Assembly (NCBI GenBank): GCA_003567775.1
Contig: PWYR01000003.1
Location: forward strand, 1-52,763
Direction of reading: 5' to 3'
Source: Ignavibacteriales bacterium
Lineage (GTDB): Bacteria; Bacteroidota; Ignavibacteria; T3Sed10-11
Length of the DNA: 52,763 nt
Shown here: in pieces, positions 1 through 8,693 of the stretch
How the letters are laid out: the number at the start of each line of letters is the position of its first letter
Position numbering within the stretch: the stretch's first letter is position 1
Notes under the pieces: generated by a model
The model's database searches: none
Told to the model about the DNA's origin: nothing
Seen by the model: the letters and a program-made list of their open reading frames with translations, nothing else
Made by a program: the position numbers and the translations under genes

Positions 1-10
1 ACGTATACAC

Positions 11-3000
11 ATGAATAATATAATCTTTCTTAATTTATTGACATTTTTTGTGTTAATTTCGATGAACACGTATGCACAGGAAACATTTTCAATTAACGAT
101 CTTACAATTACCGTCGAAGATCAAATACGTGAGATCGGTTATACCAACAAGGAAGCAGGGCACTATTATACCCTCAGCAACTCGCATCATACGAGCGGCT
201 GGCAGGGCTGGACGGTGATGGATGTACGGATCTTAGATGATTATCAGTTAATTTCGGATTCGTACGATCTCCTTCGAAACCGTGGTGATGCGATAGTCTC
301 GGTTAATCCTCACAATATGAACCGGGAATACCCGCCGGGTATTTCCGAGACCTTTTCCTTTCTTGACTCGATCGATGCATTTATTGTGGATGTACATAAT
401 AATCGGGCAATGGAAAAAATATCGTTTCGTCCGCGATTTACACAGTCGCATACTATTGACGATTACCTTGTGAAAGCTGAAGATGAATTGCTGCTGATTT
501 CGTTAACCTCATACGATGAACGAAAGGCAAAACATCCCGGCTGGATCGCTGTTACTACAAATCTTGAAAATGCCGTTGTTGAACCGGGCACGCCCGAAAG
601 TGAAACACCGGATGTAATAGTTTCACGTACGTTCGCTCCGGCGGAACTAACCGTGGAAAACGTTAAAGAAAACCAACAGGTGCGATGGATTATTGTAGCA
701 GGGAGAACTTCGGATGAGGCAAGAGAACTTGCACAGTATGTGAAACAAAACGGTGATGTATTGATTGCCGAACGTGCGCAACGAATGCAGGGATTGTTGA
801 ATCATTCGTACATACGTACTTCCAACGATCGTTTTAACAAGGCGCTTGCCTGGTCGCGAATTGCAATGGATAAACTGATAATGAATCAAACCGGAACTGG
901 TATTTATGCCGGATTGCCCTGGTTCAACAATTATTGGGGAAGGGACACGTTTATATCTTTTTCCGGCGCAGTGCTTGTAACCGGAGAGTTCGATGCGGCG
1001 CGTGAATTACTACGCTCGTTTGCAGCATTTCAGGATACAGATATCGAAAGTCATACGTACGGCCGTGTCCCGAACCGTGTCACGACACAGGAGATTATCT
1101 ATAACACCACCGACGGCACACCCTGGTTTGTAAGGGAACTTTACCAATACTATAAATATAGCGGTGATACATTGCTCGTGAAAGAATTGTATCCGGTAGT
1201 GAAACGATCCATTGAAGGAGCGCTGAATAATTTCGCGGATGAGTACTACTTTCTCACACACGCCGATGCGGATACATGGATGGATGCCGTCGGTCCCGAT
1301 GGACCGTGGTCTCCGCGTGGAAATCGTGCTGTGGATATTCAGTTTTTATGGTATCGTCAGTTAATGGATGGCGCTTCGATGGCGGATATCGACGGCGACG
1401 ATGCGTATGCGGAACAATGGCGAAAAATCGCACAAACCCTCAGAAAGAATTTCAACGAACATTTTATCGATAAGGATGAATTAATCGTATACGATCACCT
1501 GAAAAAAGACGGGACGCCCGATACGCAGGTGAGACCGAATCAAATCTTTGCGTTCGATATGGTTGACGATGATGCCGTAAAGAAGACAATGTTGAGAACG
1601 GTTATCGATGAGCTTACATATCCGTGGGGAGTTGCGTCTTTATCGCAGTATGATGAAAATTTTCATCCATTTCACCATTATCCGCCGTATTATGTACCCG
1701 ATGCCGCATACCACAACGGAATTGTATGGACGTGGTTAATCGGACGCGTTATCGAAGCGGCGGTGCAATACGATTTACAGGATATAATTTACGGTGTGAC
1801 CGATAATATGGTGCATCAAATACTTGAGCGTGGAGGCGCCGGAACGTTTTCCGAATTGCTCGATGCTTTCCCGCACAACGGAGAAGATGAACCGCGATTA
1901 TCGGGTACTTTTACCCAGGCATGGAATCTTGCCGAGTTTATCCGCGCTGCATATCAGGATTATCTCGGAATCCATATAAACGTACCGGCCTCCGAAATTC
2001 ATTTGCAGCCAAAAATTCCCGAAGCTCTTGGGAATATTGAAGCGATGATTCCCTTTGGCAGCGAGCGAGTATTTCTTGCATACGAGAAACATAAAGATAG
2101 GATTCGCGTGCATTTAAACTCCGACAAACTTGATAAACCCGTGACCATACATCTTCAATGGGTATTGGATAATGGAACTGCCTGGCAAGCGAACGGGATA
2201 CTTGAACCCGACGATACATTATCATTTGAATTAACTGCCGGCGAGATAATAATATCACCGGGGACCCATGCGGATTTCCGGCGTATCGATGATGCATCCC
2301 GGCGCCCGGAGTTTGCCGCATTAGCTCTTGCTGAACCGGAGTGGCAGGAGTACTGGACGTCTCTCAAGGAACCCGATTACCCGCTTCTTACACACGATGT
2401 GGTGAAACAAGATCGCGGCGATGCAAGATTATTATACGATGTAGAAGATGATATGTATGACGACCTCGGACACAAAGGAGGTTATGAATATCCTACCAAT
2501 CCAAACTTTAAAGAGGGTATACTCGACATTACCCGCTTTACCGTCTGGGATGATGATAAACATACGTTCTTCCGTTTATGTTTCAGAAACCTGCACGATC
2601 CGGGATTCCATCCTCATTATGGATTCCAATTGACGTACGCGGCGATACTTATTGATCGTGGAAAGGATGGTCCGGGGATGCAGGATGCAGGCGCAAATTC
2701 AAATTTCGTTATTGGTCCGGCTCTCGGAACATTCGATCGCGCTGTATATGTCGGCGGCGGTGTTCGCGTGATTGACGTCGGAGAAAATATTTTGTGCGAA
2801 TATCTCCCGGCGCCGGAAGATGTAATCAATCCGCTCGGGAATGTCCGTAATAATGAAATAACATTTGCTATACCCAACACATATCTCGGTCAACCTGATG
2901 AGAACTGGCGTTATCTTGTGCTCATCGGCGCGCAGGACGATCATGGCGGGGCGGGGATTGGCGTGTTCCGTGAGGTGCAGCGCACGGCAGGTGAATGGCA

Positions 3001-3064
3001 CGGCGGCGGAAAACAGAATCCCGACGACCCGAATGTGTATGATATGATATTACCTCATAGATGA
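11..3064 (+). CDS. Secreted amylo-alpha-1,6-glucosidase / glycogen-debranching-enzyme-family (GDE_C-like) protein with a glucodextranase-C-like C-terminal module
   Basis: 1017-aa ORF. N-terminal signal peptide MNNIIFLNLLTFFVLISMNTYAQ. Central 'LPWFNNYWGRDTFISFSGAVL' and 'TPWFVRELYQYYKYSGD' are typical of the (alpha/alpha)6 GDE_C fold. The C-terminal 'GYEYPTNPNFKEGILDITRFTVWDD...GFQLTYAAILID' resembles the glucodextranase C-terminal module. Confidence 0.7.
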   Translation: MNNIIFLNLLTFFVLISMNTYAQETFSINDLTITVEDQIREIGYTNKEAGHYYTLSNSHHTSGWQGWTVMDVRILDDYQLISDSYDLLRNRGDAIVSVNPHNMNREYPPGISETFSFLDSIDAFIVDVHNNRAMEKISFRPRFTQSHTIDDYLVKAEDELLLISLTSYDERKAKHPGWIAVTTNLENAVVEPGTPESETPDVIVSRTFAPAELTVENVKENQQVRWIIVAGRTSDEARELAQYVKQNGDVLIAERAQRMQGLLNHSYIRTSNDRFNKALAWSRIAMDKLIMNQTGTGIYAGLPWFNNYWGRDTFISFSGAVLVTGEFDAARELLRSFAAFQDTDIESHTYGRVPNRVTTQEIIYNTTDGTPWFVRELYQYYKYSGDTLLVKELYPVVKRSIEGALNNFADEYYFLTHADADTWMDAVGPDGPWSPRGNRAVDIQFLWYRQLMDGASMADIDGDDAYAEQWRKIAQTLRKNFNEHFIDKDELIVYDHLKKDGTPDTQVRPNQIFAFDMVDDDAVKKTMLRTVIDELTYPWGVASLSQYDENFHPFHHYPPYYVPDAAYHNGIVWTWLIGRVIEAAVQYDLQDIIYGVTDNMVHQILERGGAGTFSELLDAFPHNGEDEPRLSGTFTQAWNLAEFIRAAYQDYLGIHINVPASEIHLQPKIPEALGNIEAMIPFGSERVFLAYEKHKDRIRVHLNSDKLDKPVTIHLQWVLDNGTAWQANGILEPDDTLSFELTAGEIIISPGTHADFRRIDDASRRPEFAALALAEPEWQEYWTSLKEPDYPLLTHDVVKQDRGDARLLYDVEDDMYDDLGHKGGYEYPTNPNFKEGILDITRFTVWDDDKHTFFRLCFRNLHDPGFHPHYGFQLTYAAILIDRGKDGPGMQDAGANSNFVIGPALGTFDRAVYVGGGVRVIDVGENILCEYLPAPEDVINPLGNVRNNEITFAIPNTYLGQPDENWRYLVLIGAQDDHGGAGIGVFREVQRTAGEWHGGGKQNPDDPNVYDMILPHR

Positions 3065-3264
3065 GTAGAGTTTTCAGGAATGCAAATTATACATTTTGTG
3101 TTGTAGTACATGCAGAGTAGGTAATACATATTTGTATCAGATAGTTTCTGCCGTTGAAGGCATTGAGATCCAGACCGATATGCCGGATATGGAGCTTATG
3201 TAATCCGACGGGAACTAAATTAGATACATACTCGTCGATACGTTCTCATATCTGAATTTTATTT

Positions 3265-3302
3265 ATGGGCAGATGGTATGATACACCTACTGCCCATTTT
3301 TT
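3265..3302 (+). terminator. Rho-independent terminator candidate (stem atgggcag/ctgcccat followed by a T-run)
   Basis: 8-bp perfect inverted repeat 3265-3272 / 3290-3297 followed by tttttt. It lies ~200 nt after the stop of the GDE-like gene. Confidence 0.5.
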
Positions 3303-3315
3303 CCCTTAATTCACT

Positions 3316-3807
3316 TCATCTGACCGGTGATATCCGTTCCACGGGTTTTTCGATTGTGATAAACGGAACGTCTTCAGCATAATGGCACGTATTGCATGCT
3401 TGTGTAAACGAGCTAAATGCAGTCATAAAAATATCACGGTCCTGAGCGTCAATCGCCTCCTTCATAACGGGTAAATCGTTATTGAGAAATCTTGCAGCCG
3501 ATTCTGCTCGCCCGTGTCTGCGTTCAATTCCGTCTTCAATAGCAGATCCGATTTTTGCCGCCTGGTATGAGGCATAATCCCAGTTGCCGTCGGTTCCTGC
3601 CCAATACAACTCGATATACCGGTAACCGACATCGCGCATTGCCGCCGAAAAACCGCCAAGCTGCCGCGCAACGGTATCGAATTTTTGCTGGCTGTCTCCT
3701 TTTAACCATCCGCCCGGACCGGCGGGTTCATCGTCGTGGGTGTGACCGGGGCAGCCGTTGAGCAGAAAACCGAGTATAAATACCGGAGTAAGAAGTAGTA
3801 ATTTCAT
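3316..3807 (-). CDS. Lipoprotein, putative monohaem class-II (cytochrome c'-like) cytochrome
   Basis: 163-aa ORF. Lipobox 'FLLNGC' after a hydrophobic signal. A single CxxCH ('CNTCH') sits near the C-terminus, as in four-helix-bundle class II cytochromes c. The family assignment is tentative. Confidence 0.5.
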   Translation of the reverse strand: MKLLLLTPVFILGFLLNGCPGHTHDDEPAGPGGWLKGDSQQKFDTVARQLGGFSAAMRDVGYRYIELYWAGTDGNWDYASYQAAKIGSAIEDGIERRHGRAESAARFLNNDLPVMKEAIDAQDRDIFMTAFSSFTQACNTCHYAEDVPFITIEKPVERISPVR

Positions 3808-3915
3808 GAAAACCTCCCTTATGAATATTCTTATTTGGAATATACTAAAATATTTATAATATTTTAAACTGGAGGTAAAAATTTATCAAAACAGCAACTT
3901 TCAACTAAACACTTT

Positions 3916-4731
3916 ATGCCGCTCTCCCGTGAACGATTGAAATTATATGCGAAGCTGAAGCAAAAAAAATACCGTACGTTACAAAAGCAGTGTATTATCG
4001 AAGGAGTTCGTGCATTGCGTGACATTTTCGCGTCAGATGAAGCCGGGAAACTTATCGATGCCGTACTCTACACTCCGGAATTTTTAACGTCCGATGCGCA
4101 TGAAAAGATATTAATCACTGTTCGAGAGCGAGGCGGAAAAGTATATGAAGTTTCACCGCAGGATATCGAACGCCTTACCGATACTGTAACAGGTCAGCAT
4201 GTAATAGGTATCGTCAATCAATGGAGTACAACGGTCGATACGATCTTTCATCAATCTTCTCCGCAATTGGTTGTTGCTACAGATAATATTCGAGAGCCGG
4301 GAAACCTTGGCTCATTAATCAGAACGTGCGATTGGTTTGGAGTCGATACATTATTGCTCGGCGCCGGCACCGTCGATATATGGAATCCGAAAGTAATTCG
4401 ATCTACTGTCGGGAGTATGGTACATTTGCCGTTTGTTGAAGATGTCGATCTTGAAAAAGAACTCCCTATCCTTCGATCGCGCGGATACTTTATCTGCGGT
4501 ACATCGGTTCACGGGGGATCGTCAATTGAACACGTCATACCACCGATGCCTGTGGTAATACTTTTCGGTAATGAAGCCGAAGGTATATCCGATGAGATAT
4601 TGAATGTCATAGATGATTTGATAACAATTCCAAAATATGGAAAAGCAGAATCTCTCAACGTAGGCGTTTCCGCCGGTGTGATACTTTCTGCAATTCGTTT
4701 TCATTCGGCAAACAAACACATCCAGGAATAA
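3916..4731 (+). CDS. TrmH/SpoU-family RNA 2'-O-methyltransferase
   Basis: 271 aa with SPOUT motifs 'NLGSLIRTCDWFGV', 'LFGNEAEGIS' and 'ESLNVGVSAGVIL'. Confidence 0.85.
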   Translation: MPLSRERLKLYAKLKQKKYRTLQKQCIIEGVRALRDIFASDEAGKLIDAVLYTPEFLTSDAHEKILITVRERGGKVYEVSPQDIERLTDTVTGQHVIGIVNQWSTTVDTIFHQSSPQLVVATDNIREPGNLGSLIRTCDWFGVDTLLLGAGTVDIWNPKVIRSTVGSMVHLPFVEDVDLEKELPILRSRGYFICGTSVHGGSSIEHVIPPMPVVILFGNEAEGISDEILNVIDDLITIPKYGKAESLNVGVSAGVILSAIRFHSANKHIQE

Positions 4732-4737
4732 ATAATT

Positions 4738-5670
4738 ATGTTTACCACCATTTCGGGAATTAAGGTAGGTCATTACACCGATACCAAAGCGATGACCGGC
4801 TGCACGGTCATATTATGCCCGCCCGGCGCTGTCGGCAGTTGCGATATGCGGGGTAGCGCTCCGGGAAGCAGAGAGACGCCGTTACTTGATCCGGAAAAAA
4901 CCATGAACCAGGTACATGCTATATTGCTTACCGGCGGCAGTGCATTTGGATTGGCTGCGGCTGATGGTGTAGTAAATTATTTAGTGGAAAAAAAAATCGG
5001 TTATGAAACACCGTGGGTTAAAGTTCCTATAGTACCTGCAGCGGTTGTGTTCGATCTAAATGTCGGAGATAAAAATGTACGTCCGCTTCCCGCGCATGCA
5101 TACGAGGCGTGCAAAGTTGCGACAGATGGAAATATCGAGCGCGGATCGGTCGGAGCGGGAACCGGCGCTACGGTAGGCAAATGGATGGGACCGCAGTACT
5201 GGATGAAAGGAGGGATCGGTGTTGCAGAATATAAATACAACGATCTGATCGTCTCGGCGTTTGCCGTCGTGAATGCTGTCGGTGATGTTTATGACGAATA
5301 TGGAAAGATACTTGCCGGCGCGCGTCATCCCGACGGTGGATTCTGGGCAGAGGTCGATCCCGATGCACGCTTCGGAGAGACTCCGCTTCCATTAAATACG
5401 AATACAACGCTCGTTGTTGTTGCTTCCAATGCAAAGTTAAACAAAATGGATGTTTACAAAATGTGTCGCAGGGCGCAGTCCGGTATGGCAAGAGCTATTA
5501 AACCCGTTCACACATCGCACGATGGGGATTGCGTATTTGGATTAGCAACCGGCGTTGTTGATATTCAAATAGATTATGCAGCGGAAATCGCGGCTGAGGT
5601 GACCGCGGAAGCGATCCGGGATGGAGTACGTTCCGCCAAGGGTACCGAAGTGATTCCGGGTTTTAAATAA
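4738..5670 (+). CDS. P1/S58 (DmpA-like) aminopeptidase family protein
   Basis: 310 aa with 'GIKVGHYTD', 'TGCTVIL', 'NTTLVVVASNAKL' and 'HTSHDGDCVF', typical of the DmpA/ornithine-acetyltransferase-like fold. Confidence 0.8.
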   Translation: MFTTISGIKVGHYTDTKAMTGCTVILCPPGAVGSCDMRGSAPGSRETPLLDPEKTMNQVHAILLTGGSAFGLAAADGVVNYLVEKKIGYETPWVKVPIVPAAVVFDLNVGDKNVRPLPAHAYEACKVATDGNIERGSVGAGTGATVGKWMGPQYWMKGGIGVAEYKYNDLIVSAFAVVNAVGDVYDEYGKILAGARHPDGGFWAEVDPDARFGETPLPLNTNTTLVVVASNAKLNKMDVYKMCRRAQSGMARAIKPVHTSHDGDCVFGLATGVVDIQIDYAAEIAAEVTAEAIRDGVRSAKGTEVIPGFK

Positions 5671-5874
5671 TTAGTGTTCACTGAAAAATCATGCTTCCCC
5701 GATCTGCCGTGGCTCACCCTGACAAAAATGTCACTCCGAGCGGAGTCGAGGGATGAATACATGTTTTTCAGCGGGAACTAAATATTATACTATCTGAGAA
5801 ACTTTTTCCTCCTCTGTGCATCTATATATGTAGTTAATGGTTTTATATGACGCCGTGTAACAATCGACAAACGC

Positions 5875-6405
5875 ATGGATCCATCAATAATCCAAAAATT
5901 ACGTAACGGCAATGAAGAAGCCCGGACCGAGTTTTATAAACAGTACCGGCAGCAAATATATGTATATTGTTATCAATTGCTCGGAAACCGTTCGGATGCT
6001 GAAGATACCGCTCAGGAAACATTTATAAAAATATTCAACGGTATCAATAGTTTACAGACGGCGGCTGCATTCCGATCGTGGGTTTATAAAATCGCGCGCA
6101 ACGAATCGTTTCAATTGATCAGGAAAAAACGACCGGTTGCGCTTTCTCATAAACTGGAATATTTGGAGAAGGACTCCGTTGAAAATTTGATAGAATCCGA
6201 AGATAATGCACGTATTGTAAGAAATGCGATAGATACATTGAAACCCGAGTTCCGGGAAGTGATTTTATTAAGGGAATATCATCATCTGTCGTATAAAGAA
6301 ATTGCAGATGTTATGAAGACAACGACAAGCGCGGTGAAAACAAAAATATTCAGAGCGCGAAAAAGTTTATTAAAAAAATTATCGCCATATTTTGGAGGGA
6401 TATAA
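5875..6405 (+). CDS. ECF-type RNA polymerase sigma-70 family factor
   Basis: 176 aa. Region 2: 'AEDTAQETFIKIF...SWVYKIARNESFQLIRKK'. Region 4 HTH: 'LSYKEIADVMKTTTSAVKTKIFRARKSL'. Confidence 0.9.
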   Translation: MDPSIIQKLRNGNEEARTEFYKQYRQQIYVYCYQLLGNRSDAEDTAQETFIKIFNGINSLQTAAAFRSWVYKIARNESFQLIRKKRPVALSHKLEYLEKDSVENLIESEDNARIVRNAIDTLKPEFREVILLREYHHLSYKEIADVMKTTTSAVKTKIFRARKSLLKKLSPYFGGI

Positions 6406-6409
6406 GACA

Positions 6410-6805
6410 ATGATATGCGAGGAAATGCAAGAACGTATAAGTGAATTGATGGATGCCGAGCTGGACGATAATGAAAGCATACCGGTACACCGTCATCTGA
6501 GCGAATGTCAGACTTGCCGCTCATTCTTTACTTCCTGTCAAAAAATGAGGGAAGCGGTACAATCGATACCCTATGAGGACAAACGTGCAGACTATTACGA
6601 AACGAAGAAGGAATGGTGGCGGAACTATGTACGGGTACCGCTGCCGGCAGCGGCGGTGTTTATCCTGCTGTTCATTACGGGATTAATCGGAACATCTATG
6701 TATTTATTGCAGAGTGACGACCCTTATGTCTCGGGTGAACATCGCATAATATATATATCAGAATATCCTGAAATTGAGATACACTTATTAACCGATAGAG
6801 AATGA
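6410..6805 (+). CDS. zf-HC2 anti-sigma factor, single-pass membrane protein
   Basis: 'HLSECQTC' (H-x3-C-x2-C) near the N-terminus, and a TM helix 'LPAAAVFILLFITGLIGTSMYLL'. Lies immediately after the ECF sigma gene. ATG 6410 is preceded by ggaggga; the ORF track starts at TTG 6392. Confidence 0.8.
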   Translation: MICEEMQERISELMDAELDDNESIPVHRHLSECQTCRSFFTSCQKMREAVQSIPYEDKRADYYETKKEWWRNYVRVPLPAAAVFILLFITGLIGTSMYLLQSDDPYVSGEHRIIYISEYPEIEIHLLTDRE

Positions 6806-7545
6806 TTAAAACGAGTCGATATATACTTTTGTGTATTGTGATCATTTCGATGGCCGGATGTTCCGGAATGGATGAAAACGGTAAAGCGGAAATTGATGAG
6901 CCCGAAGTTGCGGCGGAGCGGGATACGTTCTTTCTTGCGGTCGAAGAAATGCCGCAAATCATCGGCGGTATAGGATCGATTCAGGAACGGTTACGATATC
7001 CGGAGCTTGCCAGGCGGGCCGGCGTCGAGGGTGTGGTCTATGTATATGCATTTATCGACGAAGAGGGAACGGTTGTGAGAACGGAAATAGTGAATGATCC
7101 CGGCGTCGGACTTGGCGAGGCGGCGGCAGCGGCAGTTTCTCTGGCAAAATTTAAACCCGGGAAACAGCGCGGTCAACCGGTTCCGGTGCGCGTTTCCATT
7201 CCGATCCATTTTCGACTTGCCAGACAAGATGTTACTGATAGAGAAAAAATTGTAGAGATCCTGGATGGCCCGGTTGATTTGGAAAAATACATTACCTATC
7301 CCCGGGGCGCCGTCAACGATGATATAGACGAGGAAGTGCACATTGAGGTAACGCTCAACGAACAGGGTCGGGTTATGGAAATGCGTGTATTATCGGATGA
7401 TGAATATGGTTTTGCCGGGGCAGTTATGGAAGCCGTTCTGAAATATCCTTTTTCTGACAGAGAGGAATTTCGCGGAATCGAGAAGCCACATACAATGATA
7501 ATCAGAGTTCGATTCACTTTAAAACTACTTAATCAATCACCATAA
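6802..7545 (+). CDS. Lipoprotein with two TonB C-terminal (TonB_C)-like domains
   Basis: Lipobox 'SMAGCSG'. 'RYPELARRAGVEGVVYVYAFIDEEGTVV...GQPVPVRVSIPIHF' is a canonical TonB_C domain, and a second weaker copy follows. There is no proline-rich spacer and no N-terminal TonB anchor. ATGA overlap with the anti-sigma gene. Confidence 0.75.
   Translation: MIKTSRYILLCIVIISMAGCSGMDENGKAEIDEPEVAAERDTFFLAVEEMPQIIGGIGSIQERLRYPELARRAGVEGVVYVYAFIDEEGTVVRTEIVNDPGVGLGEAAAAAVSLAKFKPGKQRGQPVPVRVSIPIHFRLARQDVTDREKIVEILDGPVDLEKYITYPRGAVNDDIDEEVHIEVTLNEQGRVMEMRVLSDDEYGFAGAVMEAVLKYPFSDREEFRGIEKPHTMIIRVRFTLKLLNQSP
6928..7221 (+). repeat. Copy 1 of a tandemly duplicated 294-nt TonB_C-coding segment
   Basis: Aligns without gaps to 7718-8011. 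76 of 98 encoded residues are identical by hand count, with runs of identical nucleotides such as tacgatatccggagcttgc. Confidence 0.85.
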
Positions 7546-7558
7546 CCGGAGGTGTAAA

Positions 7559-8017
7559 ATGAACTATAATTTTATTTTGTTCATCGCAATTATCTCTTTA
7601 TTGTTAATCGGACTTGCCTGCGATAAGGACTTAACAACAGACAAGATCGTCGAACCAGATAGAGAGATGCCGTCATTCGATTTTGATATTCCAATGAAGC
7701 TTGAAGGCGACGACACTTATTATGTTGCAGTTGAAAAGATGCCGGAAATCATTGGCGGTATCGTATCGATTCAGGAACGTATACGATATCCGGAGCTTGC
7801 AAAGCGGGCCGGGATAGAAGGGACCGTCTTTATCTATGCATTTATAGATGCTGAGGGAACTGTCGTGAAGACCGAGATTGTAAACGATCCGGGCGGTGGA
7901 TTGGGTGAGGCGGCAGCCAAAGCAGTTGGGATGGCAAAATTCAAACCGGGAGAGCAACACGGTCAACCCGTTCCCGTGCGGGTGTCGATACCGGTGGTTT
8001 TTCGTTTGGCTTCATGA
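7559..8017 (+). CDS. Lipoprotein with one TonB_C domain (paralogue of the preceding gene)
   Basis: Lipobox 'IGLACDK' and 'RYPELAKRAGIEGTVFIYAFIDAEGTVV...GQPVPVRVSIPVVF'. Confidence 0.75.
   Translation: MNYNFILFIAIISLLLIGLACDKDLTTDKIVEPDREMPSFDFDIPMKLEGDDTYYVAVEKMPEIIGGIVSIQERIRYPELAKRAGIEGTVFIYAFIDAEGTVVKTEIVNDPGGGLGEAAAKAVGMAKFKPGEQHGQPVPVRVSIPVVFRLAS
7718..8011 (+). repeat. Copy 2 of the tandemly duplicated TonB_C-coding segment
   Basis: See 6928-7221. Confidence 0.85.
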
Positions 8018-8039
8018 TTCTGCCACTATCCAATGAGGT

Positions 8040-8486
8040 ATGATTATGAAATTATTAATTTCTTTTTTCGTTATAGTTTCAATAACGGTTGCGAAGATTG
8101 ATGAAGGGAAAATCTGTAAACAGTTAACAGAAGAAAATTTTAAATTTATACAGGAAACGTATGCCGAGGGAGTCCATGAAGATGGAGAGGCGGTGTTTGA
8201 GGCTTGGAGAAAAACATTGTCTAATCTTGGGCGATTTCTCTCGGAGAATGAATTCGAATGGGATATGGAGCGTAGAATATTTTTATATTTTTGTTTCTCA
8301 CCGGATGGTACTATCGAATATGTATTTTATAATATACAAGGGAACGAGCCATTAGAAGCTGAGGAGGAATTTAAACATTATACAAGTGAATTTGCAAAAA
8401 CTTGGGAATATCCTTTGACTGCTGAAATCCCCTTCGCTCAGTGCGGAACTGCTGTATTTACTCCGCGTAGTCGGGTTGAAGAGTAA
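8040..8486 (+). CDS. Hypothetical secreted protein, last gene of the ECF/TonB_C operon
   Basis: 148-aa ORF with an N-terminal hydrophobic signal, followed by a strong terminator. The C-terminal half ('RIFLYFCFSPDGTIEYVFYN...') has TonB_C-like beta-alpha-beta spacing, but this resemblance is weak. Confidence 0.5.
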   Translation: MIMKLLISFFVIVSITVAKIDEGKICKQLTEENFKFIQETYAEGVHEDGEAVFEAWRKTLSNLGRFLSENEFEWDMERRIFLYFCFSPDGTIEYVFYNIQGNEPLEAEEEFKHYTSEFAKTWEYPLTAEIPFAQCGTAVFTPRSRVEE

Positions 8487-8522
8487 TGTACATCGCCATA
8501 TTATTTTAAATATAGATAAGAG

Positions 8523-8549
8523 ATCCCCGTACAACGCGGGGATTTTTTA
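8523..8549 (+). terminator. Rho-independent terminator
   Basis: atccccg (8523-8529) / cggggat (8537-8543) stem with a 7-nt loop, followed by tttttt. Confidence 0.75.
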
Positions 8550-8693
8550 TTCTACCCCCATTTTATTTCACTGAAATCCCACTGAAATATTCCTTGCAAT
8601 TTGAGATATGCATCAAAAATACATATATTACACTGTTTTGTGACTTCACCAAATATTGAAAGGTTTACATAGTTGCGAAAATTGGTCGGCGGG

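Noticed and set aside
3065-3264. 200-nt non-coding stretch between the GDE-like stop and the 3265 terminator, considered as a 3'-UTR-derived sRNA
   Set aside because: I could see no promoter, conserved structure or ORF. It is equally consistent with a long 3' UTR.
5715-5762. Motif tgtcactccgagcggagtcgagggatgaa, reminiscent of short intergenic elements seen in many environmental genomes
   Set aside because: There is only one copy in this window, and the internal hairpin (ctccg/cggag) has too short a loop to be stable. I cannot tell it apart from chance without a genome-wide search.
5774-5797. GGAAC (5774-5778) upstream of the ECF sigma gene as a possible autoregulated ECF -35 element
   Set aside because: The sequence 16-17 nt downstream (tctga) does not match the usual CGTC/GTC-type ECF -10. 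This is too weak to call.
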